Shown: piece after piece, positions 22,107-32,379 of the stretch
How the letters are laid out: every line of letters starts with the position of its first letter
Position numbering within the stretch: the stretch's first letter is position 1
NCBI GenBank assembly: GCA_032125995.1
Contig: JAQBBQ010000267.1
Coordinates: 3,201-67,200, forward strand
Direction of reading: 5' to 3'
From: Betaproteobacteria bacterium
GTDB taxonomy: Bacteria; Pseudomonadota; Gammaproteobacteria; Burkholderiales; SG8-39
DNA: 64,000 nt
Notes under the pieces: generated by a model
The model's input: only the letters and a program-made list of their open reading frames with translations
Databases searched by the model: none
What the model was told of the DNA's origin: nothing
Program-made: the position numbers and the translations under genes

Positions 22107-22919
22107 TCAGTCGTCTCCGAGCGCGTCGCCGAGCTCGGCGCCCCGACGGCTGGCGGCCTCGATCGCACGCGCCAGGCGCTCGGCCATGCGCTCCTCGGCG
22201 AACACGTTGAGCGCGGCCTCGGTGGTGCCGCCTTTCGAGGTGACCCGCTCACGCAGCACCGCTGGGGGGTCCGCAGCGCGCGCCGCAAGCTCCGCGGCGC
22301 CGAGTACCGTCGCAAGCGCAAGGCGCTGCGCGGTCTGCGGCGCGAGACCGAGCCGCTCACCCGAGGCGGCAAGCTGCTCAATGAACCAGAACACATACGC
22401 CGGTCCGCTGCCCGAAACCGCAGTCACCGGATCGAGCAGTGCCTCGGCCTCGACCCACACGGCTTCACCCACGGCGCCAAGCACCTGCTCGGCGCGCGTG
22501 CGCTCCTCGCGGCTCACGTCGGGCAGCGCGTACAGGCCAGAGATGCCTTTGCCGATCAGCGCGGGCGTGTTCGGCATGCAGCGCACGATTCGGCGATGTC
22601 CGCCGAGCCAGCGCGACAGATCCTCCAGCCTGAGCCCCGCCGCAATGCTGATCACGAGCGTGTCGCCAAGATCGCTGCCGAGCGAGGCCAGCGCGACGCG
22701 CATGTCCTGCGGTTTGACCGCGAGCACCAGCGTGTCGCACAAACGGGCGGCGGCATCGGGCGCCGTGCTCACGTGCACCGGGTACTGCGCCGCGAGCCGC
22801 TCGCGTGCTGCGGCGCTCACCTCAATCACGTGAATCGCGGTCGCGTCGAACCCCTGCGCGAGGAGCCCACCGATCAGCGCACTCGCCATGTTTCCACCGC
22901 CGAGAAAAGCAATCTTCAC
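22107..22919 (-). CDS. proC: pyrroline-5-carboxylate reductase
   Basis: GTG start at 22919 (MKIAFLGGGNMASALIGGL) overlaps the yggS stop (GTGA). Conserved SKGGTTEAAL near the C-terminus. Confidence 0.9.
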   Translation of the reverse strand: MKIAFLGGGNMASALIGGLLAQGFDATAIHVIEVSAAARERLAAQYPVHVSTAPDAAARLCDTLVLAVKPQDMRVALASLGSDLGDTLVISIAAGLRLEDLSRWLGGHRRIVRCMPNTPALIGKGISGLYALPDVSREERTRAEQVLGAVGEAVWVEAEALLDPVTAVSGSGPAYVFWFIEQLAASGERLGLAPQTAQRLALATVLGAAELAARAADPPAVLRERVTSKGGTTEAALNVFAEERMAERLARAIEAASRRGAELGDALGDD

Positions 22920-23629
22920 GCGACATCCCGCGTGTGTTCCCGCGCGCCGAAGATCGCCGTACCGATCCGTACCATGGTTGCGCCCTCCGCGATCGCGGCC
23001 TCCATGTCGTCCGACATGCCCATTGACAGTGTATCGAGCTCGAGGCCGTGCGCACGCGCGTCGTCGAACAGCTCGCGCAGCGTTCGAAAACGCGCGCGCT
23101 GCAGCGCCACATCCTCGGTCGGCTCCGGAATCGCCATGAATCCGCGCAGGCGCAGCCGCGGAAGCTCGGCCACGGCCCGCGCCAGCGCCTGCGCCGTGTG
23201 CGGCTCGACACCACTTTTCGACGCCTCTCCCGAGACGTTGACCTGCACGAGTACGTTTAGCGACGGGCTTGCATCCGGGCGCTGCGCCGAAAGCCGCTGC
23301 GCAATCTTCTCGCGCTCGATGGTCTGTACCCAGTCGAATCGCTCGGCCACCACGCGCGTCTTGTTGCCCTGCAAGGGGCCGATCAGATGCCATTCGATTT
23401 CGCGCGCCCGCGCCACGTTCACAAGCGCGTCCATTTTGTGAACCGCCTCCTGGACATAGTTCTCGCCGAACGCGCGTTGACCGGCGCTCAATCCTTCGAC
23501 CACGCGCTCGACCGGATGGGTTTTGGAGACCGCGAGAAGCTCGATTCCGCCCGCATCCCGGCCGGCGGCGCGCGCCGCCGCTGCGACGCGAAACCGCACC
23601 GCTTGCAAATTATCACCAATCGTTGCCAT
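22916..23629 (-). CDS. yggS: YggS-family pyridoxal-phosphate homeostasis protein
   Basis: 237 aa with LLAVSKTHP (PLP lysine) and FGENYVQE motifs. Confidence 0.9.
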   Translation of the reverse strand: MATIGDNLQAVRFRVAAAARAAGRDAGGIELLAVSKTHPVERVVEGLSAGQRAFGENYVQEAVHKMDALVNVARAREIEWHLIGPLQGNKTRVVAERFDWVQTIEREKIAQRLSAQRPDASPSLNVLVQVNVSGEASKSGVEPHTAQALARAVAELPRLRLRGFMAIPEPTEDVALQRARFRTLRELFDDARAHGLELDTLSMGMSDDMEAAIAEGATMVRIGTAIFGAREHTRDVA

Positions 23630-23682
23630 ACTTTTGAATTGGCGCGGGAATTTCTCCCGCTTAGCCGCCCGGGAGGATTGTA

Positions 23683-24726
23683 ATGGATCTCACCGAACTT
23701 CTCGCCTTCTGCGTCAAGAACAAGGCGTCCGACCTGCACCTCTCCTCGGGACTTCCACCCATGATCCGCGTGCACGGCGACGTTCGGCGCATCAACGTGC
23801 CGGCGCTCGAGCACAAAGAAGTGCACTCGATGATCTACGACATCATGAGCGACGGGCAACGCAAGTTCTATGAAGAGAATCTCGAGTGCGACTTTTCCTT
23901 CGCGGTGCCCAATCTCGCGCGCTTTCGGGTCAACGCCTTCGTCCAGCAGCGCGGCGCGGCCGCCGTGTTGCGGACGATTCCGACCAAGATCATGAGCCTC
24001 GAGGAACTGAATTGCCCAAAGATCTTCGCCGAGATCTCTGATCAGCCGCGCGGCATCGTGCTGGTCACCGGACCCACCGGTTCGGGGAAAAGCACCACGC
24101 TCGCCGCGATGGTGAACTACAAAAACGAGAATGAGTACGGTCACATTCTCACCATCGAGGATCCGATCGAATTCGTCCACGAGTCGAAGAAGTGCCTAAT
24201 CAATCAGCGTGAAGTCGGGCCGCATACCCTGTCGTTTTCCAATGCGCTGCGCAGCGCCCTGCGCGAGGACCCGGACGTGATTCTGGTCGGTGAGATGCGC
24301 GACTTGGAGACCATCCGGCTCGCCCTGTCGGGCGCCGAGACCGGTCACTTGGTGTTCGGCACCCTGCACACGTCGTCTGCCGCGAAGACGATCGACCGGA
24401 TCGTCGACGTGTTTCCCGCGGCCGAAAAGGAGATGGTGCGCTCGATGCTGTCGGAGTCGATCCGCGCGGTCATCTCGCAGACGCTGTGCAAGACCAAGGA
24501 CGGCTCAGGGCGCGTGGCGGCGCACGAGGTCATGATCGGCACCCCGGCGATCCGCAACCTGATCCGCGAGAACAAGATCGCGCAGATGTATTCTTCGATC
24601 CAGACCGGCCGCCAGGTGGGCATGCAGACGCTAGACCAGAACCTGCAGGAACTCGTGGCACGCAATAGCATCTCGATCGGCGAGGCCCGCGGCAAGGCGG
24701 CGAACAAGGATACGTTCGCGGGCTGA
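23683..24726 (+). CDS. pilT: type IV pilus retraction ATPase PilT
   Basis: 347 aa with Walker A GPTGSGKST and the AIRNLIRE motif typical of PilT. RBS GGAGG. Confidence 0.95.
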   Translation: MDLTELLAFCVKNKASDLHLSSGLPPMIRVHGDVRRINVPALEHKEVHSMIYDIMSDGQRKFYEENLECDFSFAVPNLARFRVNAFVQQRGAAAVLRTIPTKIMSLEELNCPKIFAEISDQPRGIVLVTGPTGSGKSTTLAAMVNYKNENEYGHILTIEDPIEFVHESKKCLINQREVGPHTLSFSNALRSALREDPDVILVGEMRDLETIRLALSGAETGHLVFGTLHTSSAAKTIDRIVDVFPAAEKEMVRSMLSESIRAVISQTLCKTKDGSGRVAAHEVMIGTPAIRNLIRENKIAQMYSSIQTGRQVGMQTLDQNLQELVARNSISIGEARGKAANKDTFAG

Positions 24727-24785
24727 ACGGCGCGCAGAACGCGGCGCGTCGGCAGGCGCGCCCACGGTAAGCAAAGGAGACAGGC

Positions 24786-25922
24786 ATGGAACGAGAACAA
24801 GCCACCAAATTCATGTACGACCTGCTGCGCGCGTTAACCGCGAAGAAGGGATCCGACCTGTTCATCACGGCGAACTTCCCGCCCGCGATGAAGATCGACG
24901 GCAAGATGACGCCAGTATCGCAGCAGGCGCTCGGCGCGCAGCACACCGCGATGCTCGCGCGCTCGATCATGAACGACAAGCAGGCCGCCGAGTTCGAGGC
25001 GACCAAGGAGTGTAACTTCGCGATCAGCCCCGCCACCATCGGCCGCTTCCGCGTCAATACCTTCATCCAGCAAGGCGTCGTCGGCATGGTGCTGCGGGTA
25101 ATCACCACGACGATCCCGAATTTTGAGGAACTGAACCTGCCGCCGGTTCTCAAGGACGTCGCGATGACCAAGCGTGGGCTCGTCATCTTCGTCGGCGGCA
25201 CGGGCTCGGGAAAATCGACCTCGCTCGCCGCGATGGTCGGCTACCGCAACGAAAACTCGTACGGGCACATCATCACGATCGAGGATCCCGTCGAGTACGT
25301 CCATCCGCACAAGAACTGCATCATCACCCAGCGCGAAGTCGGGGTCGACACCGACTCGTGGGCATCCGCGCTGAAGAACACGCTGCGCCAGGCGCCCGAC
25401 GTGATTCTGATCGGTGAAATCCGCGATCGCGAAGTGATGGAGCACGCGATTGCGTTCGCCGAGACCGGTCACCTGTGCCTGGGTACGCTGCACGCCAACA
25501 ATTCGAACCAGGCGCTCGACCGGATGATCAACTTCTTCCCCGAGGAGCGCCGCGACCAGCTCCTGATGGACCTGTCGCTAAACCTCAAGGGCGTGATCTC
25601 GCAGCGCCTGCTGCCGGTCAAAGAGGGTAAGGGACGCGCCGCCGCGGTCGAGGTGCTGCTCAACTCGCCGTTGATTTCGGACCTCATCTTCAAGGGCGAC
25701 GTGCACGAGATCAAGGAGATCATGAAAAAGTCGCGCGAGCTCGGCATGCAGACCTTCGACCAGGCGCTGTTCGATCTCTATGAACAGGGCCGCATCGGCT
25801 ACGAGGACGCGTTGCGCTTCGCCGACTCGACCAACGAGGTGCGTCTGCAGATCAAGCTGCACGGCAAGGAGGCGAAGGACAAGGACATGTCGAAGGGCAT
25901 CGAGCACCTCGACATCGTGTAG
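24786..25922 (+). CDS. pilU: PilT/PilU-family type IV pilus ATPase (PilU-like)
   Basis: 378 aa with Walker A GGTGSGKST. Paralogous to the preceding pilT, with a PilU-type C-terminal extension. RBS AGGAG. Confidence 0.88.
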   Translation: MEREQATKFMYDLLRALTAKKGSDLFITANFPPAMKIDGKMTPVSQQALGAQHTAMLARSIMNDKQAAEFEATKECNFAISPATIGRFRVNTFIQQGVVGMVLRVITTTIPNFEELNLPPVLKDVAMTKRGLVIFVGGTGSGKSTSLAAMVGYRNENSYGHIITIEDPVEYVHPHKNCIITQREVGVDTDSWASALKNTLRQAPDVILIGEIRDREVMEHAIAFAETGHLCLGTLHANNSNQALDRMINFFPEERRDQLLMDLSLNLKGVISQRLLPVKEGKGRAAAVEVLLNSPLISDLIFKGDVHEIKEIMKKSRELGMQTFDQALFDLYEQGRIGYEDALRFADSTNEVRLQIKLHGKEAKDKDMSKGIEHLDIV

Positions 25923-25950
25923 CCCCCGATCGCCAGACGTGGATGCGGAA

Positions 25951-25974
25951 AGGGGCGCGCAGGCGCCCCTTTTC
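25951..25974 (+). terminator. rho-independent terminator after pilU
   Basis: 8-bp GC-rich stem AGGGGCGC / GCGCCCCT with loop GCAG, followed by a T-run. Lies 29 nt after the pilU stop. Confidence 0.75.
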
Positions 25975-26031
25975 AGTCTCACCGACCGTCGATCGCCCGA
26001 GGTCCGTGCGACCCGCACCGCTGGAGACGAC

Positions 26032-27072
26032 ATGACGACGCTGCAATCGCTCCTCGGCATCGAGCTGCCGATCATCCAAGCGCCAATGGCGGGCGTGCAG
26101 GGCAGCGCGCTCGCGGTGGCGGTCTCGAACGCCGGCGGGCTCGGTTCGCTGCCCTGCGCAATGCTCGGCCTCGATGCCCTGCGCAGCGAGCTGGAGGTGC
26201 TGAAAGCGAGCACCACCAAGCCGTACAACGTCAATTTTTTCTGCCACAGGCCGCCGGTGGCCAGCGCCGATCGCGAAAAGGCCTGGCGTGCTGTGCTGTC
26301 CCCGTACTACGCGGAGTACGGCATCGACGCCGCGGCCATTCCGACCGGCCCTGCAAGGGCGCCCTTCAGCGCCGAGGCAGCGGATCTGCTTGAGGCGTTC
26401 AGACCCGCGGTGGTGAGCTTCCACTTCGGACTGCCCGAGGATGCGCTGCTCGTCCGGGCGCGCGCCCTGGGCGCAAAGATTCTCTGCTCCGCGACGACCG
26501 TGGAAGAAGCGCGCTGGCTCGAGGCGCGCGGCGTCGACGCCATCATTGCGCAGGGCATCGAAGCCGGCGGACACCGCGGCATCTTCCTGTCGGACGACCT
26601 GACCACCCAGGTGGGCACCTTTGCGCTGCTGCCTCAGATCGTCGATGCGGTGAAGGTCCCGGTGATCGCCGCGGGCGGCATCGCGAACGCCAAGGGCGTT
26701 GCCGCCGCGCTGGCGCTCGGCGCGGCCGGTGTACAGGTCGGTACCGCCTACCTGCTCTGCCCCGAAGCCACGACCAGCGCGCTGCATCGGGCGGCGCTGA
26801 AAAGCGAATCGGCGCGTCACACGGCGTTGACCAACGTGTTCACCGGCCGCCCCGCACGCGGCATCGTCAATCGGGTCATCGCCGAGCTCGGCCCGATCAG
26901 CGCAGCGGCACCCGCCTTCCCTCTGGCAACCGGGGCTCTCGCGCCCCTGCGCGCAGCGGCCGAACGTCGAGGCAGCGGCGACTTCACGCCCCTGTGGTCT
27001 GGGCAAAACGCGAGCGGCTGCGGTGAAATTCCGGCCGCCGACCTGACGCGAGCGCTGGCGGCCGATCTTTAG
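26032..27072 (+). CDS. nitronate monooxygenase (NMO / 2-nitropropane dioxygenase family)
   Basis: Start at MTTLQSLLGIELPIIQAPMAGV. The FMN-binding TIM-barrel family is recognisable (…VIAAGGIANAKG…). Confidence 0.85.
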   Translation: MTTLQSLLGIELPIIQAPMAGVQGSALAVAVSNAGGLGSLPCAMLGLDALRSELEVLKASTTKPYNVNFFCHRPPVASADREKAWRAVLSPYYAEYGIDAAAIPTGPARAPFSAEAADLLEAFRPAVVSFHFGLPEDALLVRARALGAKILCSATTVEEARWLEARGVDAIIAQGIEAGGHRGIFLSDDLTTQVGTFALLPQIVDAVKVPVIAAGGIANAKGVAAALALGAAGVQVGTAYLLCPEATTSALHRAALKSESARHTALTNVFTGRPARGIVNRVIAELGPISAAAPAFPLATGALAPLRAAAERRGSGDFTPLWSGQNASGCGEIPAADLTRALAADL

Positions 27073-28247
27073 GGGGCCGGGCGACGCCGCGCGCGGCCGC
27101 GGTGGCTGCCGGCGACGATGTCGAATTCATAGAGCCGGCATTCAAGCGCGCCGTTGTAGAGCGGCACGCGGCGCGCGGGCGTCAGGCGCACGAGTTTCGG
27201 CAGGCGCAGATCGGCGGTAATCAGGTGGCAGCGCCAGCCGGCAAAGTTCTTCTTCAGCACCTCGCCTAGTTTCGGGTAGAAGCGCTCGAGCGCCTCGGCC
27301 GAACCGGTCCGCTCGCCATACGGTGGATTGGTGACGAGCACGCCGGCTTCAGCGGGGGCTGTGCGCTCGAGCAGGTCGCACTGTTCGAGCTGCACCCAGC
27401 GCTCGACGCCCGCCGCCGCCAGATTGCGGCGCGTCGCATCCAGCGCGCTCGCATCGCTGTCGCTGCCGTAGAGCGCGAGCTTGGCGCCGTGCGCTGCAGG
27501 CTGCGCCGCCTCGTCGCGCAGCCGCTTCCAAACTGCGGCGTCGAAGCCGGCAAGCTTCTCGAAGCCGAACGCGCGCTTCAGCCCGGGCGCGCGGCCGCGC
27601 GCCATCGCCGCGGCCTCGACGAGCAGCGTCCCAGACCCGCACATGGGATCGAGCAGCGGCTGCTCGGGCCGCCAGCCGGTCAATTTGACGATGCCAGCAG
27701 CGAGGTTTTCGCGCAGCGGCGCGGCGCCGCTTTCGCCGCGCCAGCCGCGTTTGAACAACGCCTCGCCCGAGGTATCCAGGTACAACGCGGCGCGGTTCAT
27801 CTCGAGGAAGCCGTGCACGCGCACGTCGGGTCGCGCACGATCGACATCCGGCCGTTTACCGAGCACGTCGCGAAACCGATCGCAAACTGCATCCTTGATG
27901 CGCAGCGTGGCGAACTCGAGACTCTTGAGTGGACTTTTCTGCGCCGTGACGTTGACGCGGAGCGTGCAGTCGACGGGGAAATAGGACGGCCAGTCGAGCG
28001 CGCGAGCGCCGGCGTAGAGGTCGTTCTCATTCGTGTAGTCGAACGCGCCGACCCGCCACAGGATGCGCGAGGCAAGGCGCGACCAGAGGTTGGCGCGGTA
28101 GCAGGTCTCCCAGGATCCGGTGAACGCGACGCCGCCGGGCACGGGTCGTTCGTCGACCGCGCCGTACGCAGTCAACTCCTCGACGAGCAACCCTTCCAGG
28201 CCGCGCGGGCAGGAGGCAAAGAACGCCTCAGAACGGCTTGACGACAA
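27069..28247 (-). CDS. THUMP-domain class I SAM-dependent RNA methyltransferase (RlmL N-terminal-module-like)
   Basis: 392 aa. FFASCPRGLEGLLVEEL…, DPMCGSGTLLVEAA and LVTNPPYGER (NPPY) motifs. The TTG start at 28247 overlaps the hemJ 3' end by 20 nt. Confidence 0.8.
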   Translation of the reverse strand: MSSSRSEAFFASCPRGLEGLLVEELTAYGAVDERPVPGGVAFTGSWETCYRANLWSRLASRILWRVGAFDYTNENDLYAGARALDWPSYFPVDCTLRVNVTAQKSPLKSLEFATLRIKDAVCDRFRDVLGKRPDVDRARPDVRVHGFLEMNRAALYLDTSGEALFKRGWRGESGAAPLRENLAAGIVKLTGWRPEQPLLDPMCGSGTLLVEAAAMARGRAPGLKRAFGFEKLAGFDAAVWKRLRDEAAQPAAHGAKLALYGSDSDASALDATRRNLAAAGVERWVQLEQCDLLERTAPAEAGVLVTNPPYGERTGSAEALERFYPKLGEVLKKNFAGWRCHLITADLRLPKLVRLTPARRVPLYNGALECRLYEFDIVAGSHRGRARRRPAP

Positions 28248-28641
28248 CTAACGCGACCACGCAGATGAGCGCCAATACGGGAAACTCGTTGAACCAGCGA
28301 AACCACACATGGCTGTGGACGTTTCGCTCACGGCGAAAATCGACCAACAGCTTTCCGCACCACAGGTGATAGGCGACGAGCAGCGCGACAAGCACGAGCT
28401 TTGCATGCAACCACCCGCCGGAGAATCCCCAGCCGAGCCATAGCCAGGTGCCAAACACGAGCGTCAACACGGCCCCCGGGGTCATGATTCCCCAATAGAG
28501 TTTTCGTTCCATGAGCTTAAAGCGCTCGAGCGAGACGCGGTCATCGCTCATCGCGTGATAGACGAAAAGCCGCGGCAGATAAAACAGGCCGGCGAACCAG
28601 GTCACCATGAACACAATGTGTAGCGTCTTGACCCAGAGCAT
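28228..28641 (-). CDS. hemJ: protoporphyrinogen oxidase HemJ
   Basis: Start at MLWVKTLHIVFMVTWFAGLFYLPRLFVYH. 137 aa, a 4-TM protein typical of HemJ (UPF0093). Confidence 0.85.
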   Translation of the reverse strand: MLWVKTLHIVFMVTWFAGLFYLPRLFVYHAMSDDRVSLERFKLMERKLYWGIMTPGAVLTLVFGTWLWLGWGFSGGWLHAKLVLVALLVAYHLWCGKLLVDFRRERNVHSHVWFRWFNEFPVLALICVVALVVVKPF

Positions 28642-28771
28642 TGCGCCTGCTATCGCAGGAGTCGCCAACGGATGCGCACGACGGCGATCGTGAAGGCGAC
28701 CATAGCATAGGCGACACGCTCGAGCACGTCGTAAGACCTGCGCGATCCGAGGACCCGCAGCGCGACCGCGT

Positions 28772-29389
28772 TCATGCGCCCCAGGCACCGCGCACGATTT
28801 CGCGCAGCGACTGCAGTCTGCGATGGAAGAAGTGATCGGCGCCGGGCACGACGACGATCGGCAGGTCCTGCGGCCGCGCCCAGTCGAGCACCGCTGCGAG
28901 CGGCACCGTCTCGTCGCGCTCGCCGTGGATGACGAGTGTCCCCTTGGGGACGGAAGGCGATTCGAGACGCTCCACGGCCACCCCGACGAGCACCACGCGC
29001 GCGATGCGTTCGGGCGCAAGGCGCTGCGCGAGGCGGACCTGCATTGCCGCACCGAACGAGAATCCGGCAAGGACCGCCGGCGTGGCGCCAAACTCGGTCT
29101 GGACATGGGTCAGCACCGCGACAAGATCCTCCACTTCGCCTGCGCCCGCGTCATGCTCGCCTTCACTCGCGCCGACGCCGCGAAAATTGGGCCGCACGGC
29201 GACGTAGCCGAGGTCGACGAAGGTCTTCGCCAGCGTCTGGACCACCTTGTTGTCGAGCGTTCCGCCGTACAGCGGATGCGGGTGCGCAATGAGCGCAACG
29301 CCGCGCGGTGCCGACGACGGATCGTCGATTGCGCACTCGATGCGCCCGACCGGCCCCGGAACGGTGATCCGGCGGGTCGAGGCACGCAT
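28772..29389 (-). CDS. alpha/beta-fold hydrolase (COG2945-like)
   Basis: Start at MRASTRRITVPGPVG. Motifs HPHPLYGGTLDNKVV and GFSFGA (nucleophile elbow). Confidence 0.8.
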   Translation of the reverse strand: MRASTRRITVPGPVGRIECAIDDPSSAPRGVALIAHPHPLYGGTLDNKVVQTLAKTFVDLGYVAVRPNFRGVGASEGEHDAGAGEVEDLVAVLTHVQTEFGATPAVLAGFSFGAAMQVRLAQRLAPERIARVVLVGVAVERLESPSVPKGTLVIHGERDETVPLAAVLDWARPQDLPIVVVPGADHFFHRRLQSLREIVRGAWGA

Positions 29390-29697
29390 CAGATCCTCAG
29401 GCGCTCGACGATGCGGCCGTGGCGCAGATGCTCCTCGATGATTTCGTCGACGTCCGCCTGGTCGACGTAGGTGTACCAGACGGCGTCGGGATAGACGACC
29501 AAGCAGGGACCCTCCTCGCAACGGTCCAGACAGCCGGCCTGGTTGATCCTCACCTGGCTGGGCCCTGCAAGGTCCAGCGCCTTGACACATTGTTTCGCGT
29601 AGTCGCGCAGCGCGCTTGCCCCGCGGTCATTGCAGCACACGCGCGAACCGTCACGCTGGTTGCAGCAGAAAAATACATGCCTGCTGTAATAGGACAT
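29389..29697 (-). CDS. thioredoxin-like [2Fe-2S] ferredoxin
   Basis: 102 aa, MSYYSRHVFFCCNQR…GCLDRCEEGPCLVVYPD. The stop overlaps the hydrolase start (ATGA). Confidence 0.8.
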   Translation of the reverse strand: MSYYSRHVFFCCNQRDGSRVCCNDRGASALRDYAKQCVKALDLAGPSQVRINQAGCLDRCEEGPCLVVYPDAVWYTYVDQADVDEIIEEHLRHGRIVERLRI

Positions 29698-29708
29698 GGC
29701 GCGCGATT

Positions 29709-30776
29709 CTACCCGAGCGCCGCGCGCGCACGGCGCGAGGCAAGCCAGATCAGGTAAGCGAGCGTCGCGTACGGCCAGGTCGCGGACACGAGGCGCGTCA
29801 GGCCGTTGAAGTTTAGGAAATGTCCCTGCGACCAGACGCTGAGAATCGCGGCCAGGTAGGGGTTTGGCGGCGCGAGGTTGACGAGCACCGTCGCCGCCAT
29901 GAGGAGCACCGCTGCGAGCACCAGGCGTGCGACCTGACCGAGGCCGACGGAGAGGAGCGCAAGTACAAGGCCGAGCGCAAGCCCACGTTGCGCCCCCGGG
30001 GTGAGCCACGCCAACACGCCGCCTGCGTCTACCAGGATCGCGAATGCGACGACTTTTACCACCAGCGCCAAGACGACCAGCGCGAGGACCAGCGCGCGCA
30101 GCGGTGCGTTCGGCGCGGCAATCGATGCAAGCAGGAGCGCCGCCGCGGTCAGGTTTGCCGCCGCGGTGAGCGTTTCAATCGAAACGAACAGCGCGGGCGG
30201 CTGCTCGACACCCAAGGGGGCGGCGAACAGGTCGCGCAGATCGCCGAGCCCGAACAGGAGGATCGCCGGATTGAGTTGCGTTAACAGCCACAATCCGAGC
30301 AGCACCAGCCCGAGGTCAGCCGCAGCGCCCGCCTCAAACGTGGCCGCGCGAAGCCGTCTCAGCGGACCGGCCTCGAGCAACCACCCGGCGAGCGGCGTCA
30401 CCAGAAGGGCGCCGCCTAGAGCGCCCGCCATGTTGCAAAGCCAATCGAGGTTGGAACTGATGCGCGCGGGCAGATAGCCTTGCGCGGCCTCGAGCATGAA
30501 CGAAAGCAGCGCGCCGCCCGCGAGCGCCGCGACCACGGCGCCGGCGCCGCGCAAGCGCGGGTGGAGTGCCAGCACGCAGAGCACGCCGAATGGCAGGTAG
30601 GCCGCGACGTTCATCGCCATGTCGAGCACGGTGACGTAGCGCGGCCAGGGCGCAGCGACGAACGCGAAGGCGGAAACGCCCGCGTCGCGCCAACCCGAGA
30701 GCGGATACAGCGACGCGTAGACCGCGAGCAGAATCCACGCGACGAGCAGGAAACGGGCGAGCGGTGAAGCGCGCAC
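29709..30776 (-). CDS. VanZ-like family membrane protein with long polytopic C-terminal extension
   Basis: The N-terminal ~135 aa carries VanZ-like features (…NVAAYLPFG…, …EAAQGYLPARISSNLDWLCNMAGALGG…). About 220 aa of further predicted TM helices follow. Confidence 0.6.
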   Translation of the reverse strand: MRASPLARFLLVAWILLAVYASLYPLSGWRDAGVSAFAFVAAPWPRYVTVLDMAMNVAAYLPFGVLCVLALHPRLRGAGAVVAALAGGALLSFMLEAAQGYLPARISSNLDWLCNMAGALGGALLVTPLAGWLLEAGPLRRLRAATFEAGAAADLGLVLLGLWLLTQLNPAILLFGLGDLRDLFAAPLGVEQPPALFVSIETLTAAANLTAAALLLASIAAPNAPLRALVLALVVLALVVKVVAFAILVDAGGVLAWLTPGAQRGLALGLVLALLSVGLGQVARLVLAAVLLMAATVLVNLAPPNPYLAAILSVWSQGHFLNFNGLTRLVSATWPYATLAYLIWLASRRARAALG

Positions 30777-30844
30777 CCCTCAATTCTAAGTCCCAGGTGG
30801 TTTCGGCGGCCGCCGCGCGCCGGCGCAGCGACCTTCGGGCGCGA

Positions 30845-32368
30845 CTACCGCAGGAGCAACGCCGCGACCAGCGCCGCGACCAGCACGGCCAACAGTGCGA
30901 GCAGGCGATTGCGCTGCCGCCCGACTTCGGCGAGACGCTCGAGCCGGCCTTCGATCGCGCCGAGACGGTCCGCGGCGAGCAGGCGATAGGCCAGGCGCGG
31001 GATCTGCGGCAGGGTCGTGGCCCAATACGGTGCTTCGTGCTTCAGCGTCTTTAGCAGGCCGCGCCAGCCAATCTGCTCGCTCATCCAGCGCTCCAGATAC
31101 GGCTTGGCGGTCTGCCACAGATCGAGGTCCGGATCGAGCTCTCGGCCGAGGCCTTCAATGTTGAGCAGCGTCTTCTGCAGCATGACGAGCTGCGGCTGGA
31201 TTTCCACGTTGAACCGGCGCGAGGTCTGAAACAGCCGCAGCAACAACTTGCCGAAGTAGATCTCCTTCAGCGGCCGCGCGAAGATCGGCTCGCATACCGC
31301 GCGAATCGCCGCCTCGAACTCGTCAACACGCGTTTCGGGCGGCACCCAGCCCGCTTCAATATGGGCTTGGGCGACGCGCTGGTAGTCTCGATTGAAGAAC
31401 GCGATGAAGTTCTGCGCAAGATAGATTTTGTCGCCACCCGTCAGCGCGCCCATGATCCCGAAATCGAGCGCGACGTAGCGACCTTCGTCGTCGACCAGGA
31501 TATTGCCGGGATGCATGTCGGCATGAAAGAAGCCGTCGCGGAATACCTGCGTGAAGAAGATCTCGACGCCCGCGCGCGCGAGCGCCGCAATGTCGATACC
31601 GCGCGCGCGCAGCGTGGCGACCTGAGACACCGGCGTGCCAACCATGCGTTCCATGACCATGACGCGCGGCGCGCACCACTCCCAGACAATCTCGGGGACC
31701 CGCAGCAGCGCCGAACCCTCGAAATTGCGGCGTAGCTGGCTCGCATTCGCCGCCTCGCGCATGAGATCGAGTTCCTCGTCGAGGTGGCGCGCGAACTCGG
31801 CGACCACCTCGCGCGGCTTGAGGCGGCGACCGTCGACCCATAGCCGCTCGACGAGGCCCGCCGCAGTTTCGAGCAGCATGAGGTCGCGCGCTACAGCGGC
31901 CTCGACGCCGGGGCGCAGCACCTTCACCGCCACCTCGCGCCCGTCGGCAAGTTTGCCTAGATGAACCTGGGCGATCGAAGCGCTCGCGACCGGATCGTGT
32001 TCAAAGCTCCAGAACACCTCGTCGATCCGCCGTCCCAAGCTGCGCTCGATCTCCGTGACCGCGGCGTCGGATGGAAACGGCGGCACCTGATCCTGCAGTT
32101 TTGCGAGCTCGTCGGCGATATCCGTGGGCAGCAGGTCGCGACGCGTCGAGAGTACTTGCCCGAACTTGACGAAAATCGGTCCCAAGGTCTCAAGCGCGCG
32201 GCGCAGACGTTCGCCGCGTGGCGAGCGGGTGTCGGCGCCGACGAGTCGCCCGGCCAGGCGCGCCAGACGCACAACAAGCCCGCCGGGACGCGAGGCCGGC
32301 ACCAGCTCGTACAGCCCGAAACGCAGGGCGACGGCCAGGATGCGCAGAAGTCTTACGAGTCGGGACAT
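30845..32368 (-). CDS. ubiB: ubiquinone biosynthesis regulatory protein kinase UbiB
   Basis: 507 aa, [20 protein letters not shown]… and [12 protein letters not shown], with C-terminal TM helices. Confidence 0.93.
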   Translation of the reverse strand: MSRLVRLLRILAVALRFGLYELVPASRPGGLVVRLARLAGRLVGADTRSPRGERLRRALETLGPIFVKFGQVLSTRRDLLPTDIADELAKLQDQVPPFPSDAAVTEIERSLGRRIDEVFWSFEHDPVASASIAQVHLGKLADGREVAVKVLRPGVEAAVARDLMLLETAAGLVERLWVDGRRLKPREVVAEFARHLDEELDLMREAANASQLRRNFEGSALLRVPEIVWEWCAPRVMVMERMVGTPVSQVATLRARGIDIAALARAGVEIFFTQVFRDGFFHADMHPGNILVDDEGRYVALDFGIMGALTGGDKIYLAQNFIAFFNRDYQRVAQAHIEAGWVPPETRVDEFEAAIRAVCEPIFARPLKEIYFGKLLLRLFQTSRRFNVEIQPQLVMLQKTLLNIEGLGRELDPDLDLWQTAKPYLERWMSEQIGWRGLLKTLKHEAPYWATTLPQIPRLAYRLLAADRLGAIEGRLERLAEVGRQRNRLLALLAVLVAALVAALLLR

Positions 32369-32379
32369 GTCTTCGCCGC

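Noticed and set aside
21564-23441. 625-aa plus-strand ORF
   Set aside because: It lies antisense to the well-supported yggT, proC and yggS genes. It is Arg/Ala/Gly-rich with no recognisable family. Long open frames opposite real genes are expected in GC-rich DNA.
28642-28771. 130-nt gap between the hydrolase and hemJ, with a small hairpin CCTGC-TATC-GCAGG
   Set aside because: The stem is only 5 bp with no U-tract, and no ORF or conserved RNA motif is recognisable.
30805-30814. GGCGGCCGCC palindrome downstream of ubiB considered as a terminator
   Set aside because: It is a perfect palindrome with no loop and no flanking T-tract, so it is not a convincing intrinsic terminator.
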